This document shows, in pieces, positions 1 to 8,595 of a DNA stretch of 17,571 nt. Location of the stretch: the NCBI GenBank assembly GCA_043816185.1, contig JBDRIG010000051.1, forward strand, positions 1-17,571, written 5' to 3'. Each line of letters opens with the position of its first letter. Position 1 is the stretch's first letter. The DNA comes from Elusimicrobiota bacterium (GTDB lineage: Bacteria; Elusimicrobiota; UBA8919). The notes beneath the pieces were generated by a model. The model was not told the origin of the DNA and did not search any database. It was given only the letters and a program-made list of their open reading frames with translations. The position numbers and the translations under genes were made by a program.

Positions 1-15
1 TACATTTTCGCCTCC
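1..15 (-). other. RBS and start codon of a gene running off the left edge
   Basis: Minus strand GGAGG (15-11), 5 nt, then ATG (5-3), just downstream of the promoter at 42-70. Product cannot be determined. Confidence 0.6.
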
Positions 16-41
16 GGAATTTTGGATTTGCCATCGGTAAA

Positions 42-70
42 ATTATACCAATTCCGGAGTGAAAAGTCAA
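42..70 (-). promoter_or_regulatory. sigma70-type promoter with extended -10
   Basis: Minus strand TTGACT (70-65), 17 nt spacer, TATAAT (47-42), with a TGn extension (TGGTATAAT). Confidence 0.75.
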
Positions 71-134
71 ATATTTTCTCATCGGTAATCCCGACGGTAA
101 TTATGCCCAAGAACTTTTAGGGGTTTTTCAACGG

Positions 135-181
135 TATCATATTACCATGTTGCCATGCTACTTGTCGTCATATCGGTATGT
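135..181. repeat. degenerate 8-bp tandem repeat
   Basis: tatcatat taccatgt tgccatgc tacttgt cgtcatat cggtatgt; resembles the array inside miaB. Confidence 0.5.
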
Positions 182-187
182 TATCGA

Positions 188-790
188 CTATCGCTCAGGC
201 CCTTGTATTATTTTCTTGATATTTGATTTATGTCGCCACACTATAATTATTGCAATGACTATAGATATGTATTTTATTATGGTTGGCTCGCTAAAAAAAT
301 ACAAAAAAACTGGAAGCGATATTGACGCTGCTATTGAGCCAAGTGCTACATATTTTGTTATCGCCAAAACGATTAAAAAAACAATTAGAGAAAAAATAGT
401 TGGCAATGGAGTCAATCCCAAAAAAACCCCACATCCCGTCGCTACCCCTTTTCCACCATTAAATTTTAAGAACGGTGTCCAAATATGTCCAATAACAGCA
501 CAAAAACCAGCCGCCACCGGAATTACTGATGATGGTTCACCAGAAAATCCTATCTGACTACTGTGGGCAAGTAAGTTTTTACTAATAATTACTGGTAAAA
601 ATCCTTTTAAGACATCAAGCAAAAACGTAATACTTCCATGAATTTTACCAACTACTCTCCATACGTTTGTTGCCCCAGGATTTTCACTACCGTGATGTCT
701 AATATCAATTCCACGAAAGATTTTTGCAATTAAATATGCGTTTGGAATTGAGCCAAGTAAAAACGATAAAAGTAAAATTAGAATTATCAT
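188..790 (-). CDS. plsY: glycerol-3-phosphate acyltransferase PlsY
   Basis: 200 aa membrane protein with LLGSIP, DIRHHGSENPGATNVWR, LDVLKG, GHIWTPFLKFNGGKGVAT and HKSNI motifs. Confidence 0.95.
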   Translation of the reverse strand: MIILILLLSFLLGSIPNAYLIAKIFRGIDIRHHGSENPGATNVWRVVGKIHGSITFLLDVLKGFLPVIISKNLLAHSSQIGFSGEPSSVIPVAAGFCAVIGHIWTPFLKFNGGKGVATGCGVFLGLTPLPTIFSLIVFLIVLAITKYVALGSIAASISLPVFLYFFSEPTIIKYISIVIAIIIVWRHKSNIKKIIQGPER

Positions 791-821
791 TTTATAGATG
801 TTTTTTTATAGATGCTCGTAG

Positions 822-879
822 ATGCCGAAACAATACTGAAACAGATTCAATGCATGGTTCGGCATAATCCTTCGGATTA
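822..879. repeat. REP-like palindrome plus mini-hairpin
   Basis: ATGCCGAA (822-829) and TTCGGCAT (858-865) form an inverted repeat; TAATCC-TTC-GGATTA (865-879) overlaps the pgsA stop. Confidence 0.55.
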
Positions 880-1404
880 CTTTTTTTCTATCTCTTTAAT
901 TCCTAAAAAAATATATTTAAAAGTTGAGATAATTATCAAAAACAGCATTACGTAAGTAAGGATAATTAAAAATTTTTCCGAAATGCTTAGAAGAATGAAA
1001 AATATCACAATCATTTCCAGAACCGTCGATAATTTACCTAATAATGTTGGTGATATAGTACTGTTTCCTGCAAGTTGAAATCGTAGAAGCCATCCGAAAA
1101 AAATAATAATGTTTTTTGTAATTACAACGATCGGTATCCACATAGGTATCTCTTTTAGTGTCGCAAAAGTAATAAATGCGCTTATCAAAAGAAATTTATC
1201 TGCAAATGGATCGAGAAATGCACCTAATTTTGTTTTTTCTCCACATCGCCTCGCAAGAAGGCCGTCTAAAAAATCGGTAATAACACAAAATATAAATATT
1301 AAAATTGCAAGTTTAGTATTTTTTGCAGTAACGCTTACTATAAATATTGGTACAGCAATTATTCTTGCAATTGTTAGTTTATTGGGAAGTGTAAGGTTTT
1401 TCAC
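877..1404 (-). CDS. pgsA: CDP-alcohol phosphatidyltransferase, PgsA-like
   Basis: LPNKLTIARI N-terminus and DFLDGLLARR...GAFLDPFADK signature. Start placed at GTG 1404, 6 nt after AAGGAG (1416-1411); the ORF track starts at 1434. Confidence 0.88.
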   Translation of the reverse strand: MKNLTLPNKLTIARIIAVPIFIVSVTAKNTKLAILIFIFCVITDFLDGLLARRCGEKTKLGAFLDPFADKFLLISAFITFATLKEIPMWIPIVVITKNIIIFFGWLLRFQLAGNSTISPTLLGKLSTVLEMIVIFFILLSISEKFLIILTYVMLFLIIISTFKYIFLGIKEIEKK

Positions 1405-1454
1405 ACAGTTCTCCTTCGCTATATTGCACTTCAACCCATTTCTTTTAGATGTTT

Positions 1455-2705
1455 TTAAGAGGGGCTGGATTTGCTTAACATTTTTTGTATTTGTCCAAAG
1501 TTTTTTTCATCAATTAAAATTTCTAATTCGGCACATTCTTTTTGAGGTTTGTATTGTATAATTCTTCCGACAGATTTTATTTTGGAAATTATAAAAAATA
1601 AACTATAAGGAACCGATATTTTTTTATATTCAAGTTTACTTTCAAGTTTATCAGAAATTGTCGAAAGCAACTTTTCTACCCCTTCGCCTGTTTTTGCCGA
1701 TATATAAAAATTATTTTCTAAAAGAAGAAATTTTGGTTCCAATAAATCGCATTTATTACAGACATTTATTATGGTTAACTTATCTGCCCCAATTTCTTCT
1801 AAGACATCCATTACCGTTTTTTCATTATTTTTATAATTTTTGTTAGTAGTATCAATCAAATGAATTAATATGTCTGATTTTGTAATTTCTTCTAACGTTG
1901 ATTTAAAAGCTGCTATTAGTTGATGGGGCAATTTTTTTATAAACCCAACCGTATCGGTAAAGAGTATTAGTTTGCCATTTGGAAGTCTAATTTTTCTCGT
2001 CGTTGGATCAAGCGTTGCAAAAAGTTTATTGTCAGCATAAACCATCTCGCATTCGCGGGATTTGGTAAGGTAATTCAAAAAAGTGGACTTACCAGTATTT
2101 GTATAGCCAACAATTGATACGACAGACATTGGAACATTTTGTCTTTTTGATGCCTGTATTTCTCTTTGAAATTTGATTTTTTCAATTTCTTTTTTAAGAT
2201 AGGCAATTCTATCTTTAATTTTTCTTTTGTCAATTTCAAGCTTTCTTTCTCCAAAGCCTGCTCTCATGCCTATTACGCCTCGTTGTTGAGCAAGCGAGGT
2301 ATTTTTGCCCGATAATCTTGGAAGTTCGTATTGTTTTTCGGCAAGTTCAACTTGAAACTTTGCAACCTTCGTTCGTGCTCTCTGAGCAAAAATGTTTAAT
2401 ATAAGTTGCGTTCTATCTATGACTCTTGAAAAAATGTGTTCTTCAAGATTTCTTTGTTGTGTTGATGTTAATTCATTGTCAAAGATTACCGTATTTATTT
2501 TTTTTAACTCACATATTTTTTTTATTTCAAAGACCTTGCCTTTACCTATAAAAAATTTTGGATTTGGCTTTCTATTTTTTTGAACAACAGTATCTATTGT
2601 TTCAATGCCAAATGTGTTGGCGAGTTGTTTTAATTCATCTAACGACTCGTTAATATCGGATTCTTGTCCGGTATCAACACCAACTAACAACGCAACTTTT
2701 TTCAT
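1455..2705 (-). CDS. hflX: GTPase HflX
   Basis: IGKGK, DRTQLILNIFAQRA, G1 GYTNTGKST, G2 LFATLDPT, G3 DTVGF, G4 NKCD, G5 SAK. Start is ATG 2705 or GTG 2711. Confidence 0.96.
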   Translation of the reverse strand: MKKVALLVGVDTGQESDINESLDELKQLANTFGIETIDTVVQKNRKPNPKFFIGKGKVFEIKKICELKKINTVIFDNELTSTQQRNLEEHIFSRVIDRTQLILNIFAQRARTKVAKFQVELAEKQYELPRLSGKNTSLAQQRGVIGMRAGFGERKLEIDKRKIKDRIAYLKKEIEKIKFQREIQASKRQNVPMSVVSIVGYTNTGKSTFLNYLTKSRECEMVYADNKLFATLDPTTRKIRLPNGKLILFTDTVGFIKKLPHQLIAAFKSTLEEITKSDILIHLIDTTNKNYKNNEKTVMDVLEEIGADKLTIINVCNKCDLLEPKFLLLENNFYISAKTGEGVEKLLSTISDKLESKLEYKKISVPYSLFFIISKIKSVGRIIQYKPQKECAELEILIDEKNFGQIQKMLSKSSPS

Positions 2706-2714
2706 TGTCACAGG

Positions 2715-3626
2715 TCAAATTATATCAGATTTTCTAAGATAATTCAATATTTTTTTTGACTGATCATTTTTAGAATTTACCCAAACAATTCGACTATCTT
2801 TGTTAAACCATGTCAGTTGTCTTTTTGCATAATGTCTGGTATTTTGTTTAATTAAATTAGTTGCTTCTTTTTTTGATAATTTGCCATTTAAAAATTCAAC
2901 TAGTTCACCATAACCAATTGTATTTTGCAAAATACAATTTTCGGATGAATATTTTTTTACAAGTTTCGCTGTTTCTTCTACCAATCCTTTTTTTATCATT
3001 TTATCAACCCTGATATTTATTTTTTTATATAAACTGTTTTTAGATGACAATAAACCAAAGATTAAAAAATTATATTTTGATTTTTTCGTTTCTTTTTTTA
3101 GTTGTGAAAATTTTTTGCCAGTTATTAAACATATTTCCAGTGCACGTATAATTCTTATGGGATTTTTTCTGTCTATTATTTTTGCCGTTTCATAGTCTAA
3201 TTTTTTTAGTTTTTTATACAGATATACAATCCCATATTTTTTAAGTTCATTATTTAATTTTTTTCTTAAACCTTTATTTGAAGGTATTTTTATCAAACCA
3301 TCTATCAATGCTTTTATGTAAAGTCCAGTTCCACAAACCATTATTGGTGTTTTTTTTTGCCTGAAAATTTCTCTTATTTTTTTATTAGCAAGTCTTACAA
3401 AATCACCAGTAGTAAAATTTTCCGTCAGTTTTAATATACTTATCAAATAATGCGGAACCATTTTTAATTGTTTTTTAGATGGTTTGTTGGTTCCAATATC
3501 CATATATTTGTAAATTTGTCGTGAATCACAAGATATGATTTCCCCATTTATCTTTTTTGCAAGTTTAATAGCAACATCTGTTTTTCCACTTGCAGTCGGT
3601 CCACAAATTACAATAATAGTTTTCAT
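2715..3626 (-). CDS. miaA: tRNA dimethylallyltransferase MiaA
   Basis: GPTASGKT, DSRQIYKYMDIGT, GTGLY, RIIRALE, TRHYAKRQLTWF. Start overlaps the miaB stop (ATGA). Confidence 0.96.
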   Translation of the reverse strand: MKTIIVICGPTASGKTDVAIKLAKKINGEIISCDSRQIYKYMDIGTNKPSKKQLKMVPHYLISILKLTENFTTGDFVRLANKKIREIFRQKKTPIMVCGTGLYIKALIDGLIKIPSNKGLRKKLNNELKKYGIVYLYKKLKKLDYETAKIIDRKNPIRIIRALEICLITGKKFSQLKKETKKSKYNFLIFGLLSSKNSLYKKINIRVDKMIKKGLVEETAKLVKKYSSENCILQNTIGYGELVEFLNGKLSKKEATNLIKQNTRHYAKRQLTWFNKDSRIVWVNSKNDQSKKILNYLRKSDII

Positions 3627-4792
3627 ATATTTTGCGGTTTTGTATTTTTTAATATTTCGTTCAATTTTGCAAGACGTATTTTTTTTATTTCAAGTGGAAC
3701 ACTATCAGTCATTGAAAATGCCTTTGTGTTTTCTCTCGGCGAATATTTGAATGTAAATGCCGAGACATATCCAACATCCTGGACGAGTTTTAATGTTTGA
3801 TTAAAATCTTTGTCTGTTTCGGTCGGAAATCCAACTATAATATCTGTTGTAAATGTAGTATCTGGAATTTTTTTTTTGAATTTATCAATAATTGTCAAAT
3901 ATTTTTCTTTTGTATATTTTCTATTCATAAGTTTAAGAATTCTATTTGAACCCGATTGCACCGGCAAATGAATTTGCCGAGAAACCTTTTTACAGTTATT
4001 GATAGTGTTGATAATTTTATTCGACATATCTTTTGGGTGGCTTGTCATAAAATTTATTTTCTTTATCTGTGGAATTTTATTTAATTCAATCAATAAATCT
4101 GCAAAATCAAATTTTCCAGATTTGTAACTATTAACATTTTGTCCAAGCAGAGTTATTTCTGTTCTACCATTTGAAACAAGTTTTTTCACATCGTTCAGCA
4201 CATCTTTTTTAGGTCTTGTTATTTCAGTTCCTCTCGCAAATGGAACTATACAATATGAACAGAAATTTGAACAACCTCGAGAGATAGCGATAAATTTGGT
4301 CGGCATGTCGGCATGTCGGCATGTTGACATGTTGGTATGTCGATATGTCGATATGTCGATATGGTTTTTAATGATTTCAGGAAATTTTTCTATATCAGAG
4401 GCAGGAATTACTCTATCAATGTAGGGAAACTTTTTTTTGAGTTTTTCTTTCAGTCGTGAAGCAGCACACCCGATTACTATAATTTTTAATTTTGAATTTT
4501 TAATTTTGAATTTCTTCAATTCCCCGATAAAACTCAATGCCTTTTCTTCTGCCAGTTGTCTTACTGTACACGTGTTGACTAAAACAATATCTGCATTTTC
4601 CAGTTTTGTAGTCGGTAAATATCCATTATTAATAAGCGTTTCTGCTACGAAATTAGAATCAGCAACATTCATTTGACAACCCATAGTTCTCAAAAAAAAC
4701 TTTTTTAAGGACTTGTTATGGGTTGTCTTCGTATCTTGGTTTACGAAATGATTGCTGAGCAAATCATTAGTGGTCATATTGTTTTTTTTCAT
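3623..4792 (-). CDS. miaB: MiaB-type radical SAM methylthiotransferase, no TRAM domain
   Basis: UPF0004 cysteines (GCQMN, NTCTVR, GCAA), CSNFCSYC, LLGQNVNSY, TSHP, HLPVQSGS, DIIVGFPTET, YSPRENT; adjacent to miaA. Start uncertain (4792 or 4777). Confidence 0.9.
   Translation of the reverse strand: MKKNNMTTNDLLSNHFVNQDTKTTHNKSLKKFFLRTMGCQMNVADSNFVAETLINNGYLPTTKLENADIVLVNTCTVRQLAEEKALSFIGELKKFKIKNSKLKIIVIGCAASRLKEKLKKKFPYIDRVIPASDIEKFPEIIKNHIDISTYRHTNMSTCRHADMPTKFIAISRGCSNFCSYCIVPFARGTEITRPKKDVLNDVKKLVSNGRTEITLLGQNVNSYKSGKFDFADLLIELNKIPQIKKINFMTSHPKDMSNKIINTINNCKKVSRQIHLPVQSGSNRILKLMNRKYTKEKYLTIIDKFKKKIPDTTFTTDIIVGFPTETDKDFNQTLKLVQDVGYVSAFTFKYSPRENTKAFSMTDSVPLEIKKIRLAKLNEILKNTKPQNI
4299..4362. 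repeat. 8 x 8-bp tandem repeat inside miaB
   Basis: gtcggcat x3, gttgacat, gttggtat, gtcgatat x3. Confidence 0.92.
4481..4515. repeat. 7-bp tandem repeat inside miaB
   Basis: aattttt aattttg aattttt aattttg aatttct, encoding KFKIKNSKLKI. Confidence 0.65.
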
Positions 4793-4908
4793 TAAAAATT
4801 TTTCGTGCGAAGTGGGGTTTAAAGAGATGTTTGTTTTTTTTTTGCGATAGTGATGTTATTGCGACGAAGGACGAAAATGCGAAAATGCGAAAAAGTATAA
4901 AATGTTTT

Positions 4909-6369
4909 TCAATTGAATTTTTTGAAGGATAGTAAAAGTGATGATATAGAAAAATACATAAAACCAAACTGGAAAAGTAAAATTAGGGGTATGAGAAAAT
5001 ATAGCCCTGCCTTTATTGCGAGATAAAGTAAAATGGTAAAATATATCGCCATGAAAAGCTCCATATAAAAAATAAAATTTTTCTTGGATTTATATTTTTC
5101 AGCATTCAGTTCTATAGTTTTGCCAATCATACCGCATTTTGGAGTTCTTGTAAATTCAGAATCGTATCCATAAATTCCTTCTAACACACATTTGGAATTA
5201 TTTATGGCAAGACCGATTCCAGTCGACATCAGAAACGGAATGTATTTTACGGAATCCCAAAAACTATACCCGAGTTCTTTCTGGGACGTGTAGTAAAAAT
5301 ATGCAATTAAAAGAATTCCGAGCACAAATATAGGGATGTCAATCATAAAAAGATTTGTATTATTTGTGTTTAGCCTGACAAGTATTGCGGGAAGAAGTAC
5401 AAGCGATACAGCCACAAGGAATAAGTAAGAGAAATTGCTTGACAGATGAAACAATGCCTCAAGTTTAATTTTTAACGGCGTGTCGCTTTTTAGTATTTTG
5501 CCCATCAGTTTTTTTGCTACCTGTATTGTCCCTTTTGCCCATCTTCCCTGTTGGATTTTGAAAGCGTCGATATCAATGGGCAATTCTGCGGGGGTTACAA
5601 CTTCAGGAACAAAGACAAATTTCCAACCATTAATCTGTGCTCTGTAAGACAAATCCATGTCCTCAGTGAGTGTATCTTCTTGCCATCCACCAGACGTTTC
5701 TATTGTTTTTTTTCGCCATATTCCCGCGGTACCATTAAAATTAAAAAATCTTCCTGAGCGATTTCTTGCGGTATGTTCAATTAAAAAATGCCCGTCTAAA
5801 ATTATTGCTTGTATTTTTGTCAAAAGCGAATATTTTCTATTTGAATGTCCCCATCTCGCTTGAACCATTCCTATACCATCTTCACTAAAATATGGCATAA
5901 TATTTTTCAGAAAATCCTGCTTAGGAACAAAATCGGCATCAAAGATGGCTATGAATTCTCCTCTCGCTTTTGCCATCCCGTTTTGTAGTGCACCCGCCTT
6001 AAAACCAGTTCTATTATCCCTGTGAATATAAAAAATATTGAAGCCTTCCTTTTTGAATTTGTCCACGGTCTCTTTTGCAATTTGCTGCGTCTCGTCGGTA
6101 GAATCATCAAGAACCTGAATTTCCAGCATATCCTTTGGATAATCCAAGTTTACAACATTTTTTATTAAACGTGCAACGACATTCATTTCATTAAAAATAG
6201 GAAGTTGTACGGTAACAACAGGATATGGGTCGACAAGAGGTTTTGTTTGCGGTATTAATTTTTTATATTTTTTGTAAAAATATACGAGAAGATATCTGTG
6301 ACTTCCAAAAACTACAAGTCCAAATAAAGACACAAAATAGATAGCAAGAAGAATATTATTTGCTGCCAT
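4909..6369 (-). CDS. cellulose-synthase-like processive glycosyltransferase, family GT2
   Basis: QLPIFNE, QVLDDSTD, KAGAL, FDADF, LTEDMDL, QxxRW (QQGRW), FTRTPK; N- and C-terminal hydrophobic helices. Confidence 0.9.
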   Translation of the reverse strand: MAANNILLAIYFVSLFGLVVFGSHRYLLVYFYKKYKKLIPQTKPLVDPYPVVTVQLPIFNEMNVVARLIKNVVNLDYPKDMLEIQVLDDSTDETQQIAKETVDKFKKEGFNIFYIHRDNRTGFKAGALQNGMAKARGEFIAIFDADFVPKQDFLKNIMPYFSEDGIGMVQARWGHSNRKYSLLTKIQAIILDGHFLIEHTARNRSGRFFNFNGTAGIWRKKTIETSGGWQEDTLTEDMDLSYRAQINGWKFVFVPEVVTPAELPIDIDAFKIQQGRWAKGTIQVAKKLMGKILKSDTPLKIKLEALFHLSSNFSYLFLVAVSLVLLPAILVRLNTNNTNLFMIDIPIFVLGILLIAYFYYTSQKELGYSFWDSVKYIPFLMSTGIGLAINNSKCVLEGIYGYDSEFTRTPKCGMIGKTIELNAEKYKSKKNFIFYMELFMAIYFTILLYLAIKAGLYFLIPLILLFQFGFMYFSISSLLLSFKKFN

Positions 6370-6384
6370 AAATTATTTACTATC

Positions 6385-6432
6385 GGAAGTCGCCTCAGTC
6401 GGAAGCCACTTCACTTGGAAGCCACTTCACCT
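6385..6432. repeat. three 16-bp direct repeats upstream of the GT2 gene
   Basis: ggaagtcgcctcagtc, ggaagccacttcactt, ggaagccacttcacct. Confidence 0.8.
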
Positions 6433-6507
6433 ACACTAAAGTATGAACAGTTAAAAACCGTTCACTACCGAACCTACTACAAAAACATTCAGTTTCCGAT
6501 ATAATAA

Positions 6508-6590
6508 AATGACCGAGTATTAACCGAATCAAGCCAAATCGTCGATTATGCTTGATTGCCTTTATTTATTCAGTTCGTCATTCGGGCATT
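6508..6590. repeat. long imperfect hairpin downstream of dksA
   Basis: Core AATCAAGC (6527-6534) and GCTTGATT (6550-6557); outer arms aatgaccgagt and attcgggcatt. No U-tract. Confidence 0.55.
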
Positions 6591-6597
6591 ACTTTTT

Positions 6598-6936
6598 TTA
6601 TTTATCAAATTTTGGTTGACAGTTTATGCAGTATCGTGCGTAAGGCATTGCTTTAAGACGTTCTAATAGAATTTTTGCTGAACAATTTTCGCAAAAACCA
6701 TATTTTTTTGTTTCAATTTTTCTTAATGCCGCATCGATTAAATTGAGTATTACTTTTTCATTGTCGCTTAGGCCGAATATAAGTTCTTTTTCCTCGCTAT
6801 CGCCTGCCATATCAATTTCGTCTCCGATATTTGGTTCCTGCAAATCCTTTTGCTGTTTATCCGACACCGTTTTTAACAAAACATTTTTTTTAGCAATGAG
6901 AATTTTTTTTAGTTCATTTAGGTCCTTTGTATTCAT
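6598..6936 (-). CDS. dksA: DksA/TraR family C4 zinc-finger transcription factor
   Basis: DxxDxA tip (DEIDMA), IDAALRKI, YGFCENC...ERLKAMPYARYCINCQ. Start placed at ATG 6936 after AGGAGG. Confidence 0.88.
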   Translation of the reverse strand: MNTKDLNELKKILIAKKNVLLKTVSDKQQKDLQEPNIGDEIDMAGDSEEKELIFGLSDNEKVILNLIDAALRKIETKKYGFCENCSAKILLERLKAMPYARYCINCQPKFDK

Positions 6937-6963
6937 TCTCCCTCCTATTTGCTCTGCAAACAC

Positions 6964-7088
6964 CCGAGTATAAACCGAATATTAAAATCCGAGTATGGCC
7001 GAATTATCTGGTTGTATTCAGTGTTTTTATTTGGCACCACTATTAGTGCCGCTACCAGCACCACTATCAGTGCCGCTATTCGAGTATT
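6964..7088. repeat. intergenic repeat cluster
   Basis: CCGAGTAT/CCGAAT units (6964-7004) and a 24-bp-period duplication gcaccactatYagtgccgcta (7034-7054, 7058-7078). Confidence 0.7.
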
Positions 7089-8541
7089 ATTTTACAATCC
7101 TTATCGTTTTTAATGTATCAGTTTCCTGTCCACTGATTCTTATATTTTTTGATGAAAGTTCGAAAAGATAATCACAAATTTCTCTTGTTATTCTTTCGCC
7201 TGGAATGAGAATAGGAATTCCAGGAGGATATGGTGTAAGTGTTTGAGCACTTATGTGGCCTGTTGCTTTACTTAACGAAACACGCTTTGACTCTTTTTGG
7301 AAGAAAACATCGTGAGGGGTTATCACCATTTCTGTTGTTAATGACGGTAGATTTAGTGCCCAGTTTTTTTCAGTGCCATGATACTTAACATCTATATCCT
7401 TCAAAGCGTTTACTAATTTCTGCACGTCTGTTCTTGTTGAGCCGATTCCCATAATCGCAATAATGTTAAACAGGTCAGCACAATCAACCTGTATATTATA
7501 TTGTTTGTTAAGCAAATCTTCAATTTCCAATCCCGATAATCCAGTTTTTGTAACATTGATTGTAAGTTTTGTTACATCGAGGTCATAGCCACGCGAGCGA
7601 ATATCCTCACGCGTAAAACAGGAAAAATTTTTGAGACGATTTATTTTTATTCTTCCATATTCCGCAGCAGATATTATTTCTCCAAAAAGTTTTTCACCGT
7701 GCAAAACTGCCTGCCTTCTTGCTAAATCAATTGACGATAAGGTAAGATAATTTGGACTGGTTGTTTGTAACATCGATACTACTTTTTTAACATAATTTGG
7801 ATTTATTCTATCGGAATTTATGTGTAGGACAGAACCTTGCGAAAGTGCTGATAAAATCTTATGTACCGACTGAACAACCATATCGGCATCTGCTTCAACA
7901 GCCGAGACAGGAAAGTCACGATGAAACCTTAAGTGAGGACCATGTGCTTCATCAACCAAAAGAAGTTTATTATTTTTGTGACAGATATTCGCAATTTCTA
8001 ATAAGTCGCTCGTCACCCCATTGTAGGTTGGACTCGTTATGAATACTGCTTTTGCTTCTGGAAATTTTTTGATTGCCTCGTCTATCTGATTTGGTTTCGC
8101 ATCGAGAATTATATCAAGATTCTGGTCTATCTTAGGTTGCAACCATATTGGCCAAAGTCCCGCCAAAATTATTGCACTGAGTACAGATTTATGAATATTA
8201 CGAGAAAGAATTATTGAATCGCCTGGTTTGCATGCGGATAAAAACATTGCTTGATTACCAGATGAAGAACCGTTGACGAGAAAGAAGGAGTGTTTAACCC
8301 CATATGCTTTTGCCATAAGTTCTTGCGCCTGTTTTATACACCTCGTCGGGTCGTGTAACGAATCAACATCTGGAAAAACAGTTACGTCGAGATAGTATAC
8401 ATTTTTTCCAGTAAACGATAAAAGTTTTTTATCTATGCTTCTCCCATTTTTGTGCCCTGGTGTATGAAAAGAAATCATTCGCTTTTTAGCGTGATTATAA
8501 ACTGCTTCAAACAACGGCGCCAATTCTTGCTTTTTTTCCAT
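7087..8541 (-). CDS. PLP-dependent Orn/Lys/Arg decarboxylase (fold type I, no wing domain)
   Basis: FHTPGHK, FLVNGSS, RNIHKS, SPTYNG, VDEAHG, PLP lysine in QSVHK, QTTSP, PYPPGIP. Start placed at ATG 8541. Substrate cannot be assigned. Confidence 0.9.
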   Translation of the reverse strand: MEKKQELAPLFEAVYNHAKKRMISFHTPGHKNGRSIDKKLLSFTGKNVYYLDVTVFPDVDSLHDPTRCIKQAQELMAKAYGVKHSFFLVNGSSSGNQAMFLSACKPGDSIILSRNIHKSVLSAIILAGLWPIWLQPKIDQNLDIILDAKPNQIDEAIKKFPEAKAVFITSPTYNGVTSDLLEIANICHKNNKLLLVDEAHGPHLRFHRDFPVSAVEADADMVVQSVHKILSALSQGSVLHINSDRINPNYVKKVVSMLQTTSPNYLTLSSIDLARRQAVLHGEKLFGEIISAAEYGRIKINRLKNFSCFTREDIRSRGYDLDVTKLTINVTKTGLSGLEIEDLLNKQYNIQVDCADLFNIIAIMGIGSTRTDVQKLVNALKDIDVKYHGTEKNWALNLPSLTTEMVITPHDVFFQKESKRVSLSKATGHISAQTLTPYPPGIPILIPGERITREICDYLFELSSKNIRISGQETDTLKTIRIVK

Positions 8542-8566
8542 AATTTTCTTGAAGGTGTAAAAATGT

Positions 8567-8595
8567 AAAATATAAAATTTTTTTGTTTTTGTCAA
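8567..8595 (-). promoter_or_regulatory. possible sigma70 promoter for the decarboxylase
   Basis: TTGACA (8595-8590), 17 nt, TATTTT (8572-8567). The AT-rich context weakens the -10 call. Confidence 0.45.

Noticed and set aside
4767..4967. 66-aa minus-strand ORF between GT2 and miaB
   Set aside because: Overlaps both neighbours, crosses low-complexity and 8-mer repeats, no motif.
6385..7080. CRISPR interpretation of the 16-bp and 24-bp repeats
   Set aside because: Units are contiguous, lack unique spacers, and no cas genes are present.
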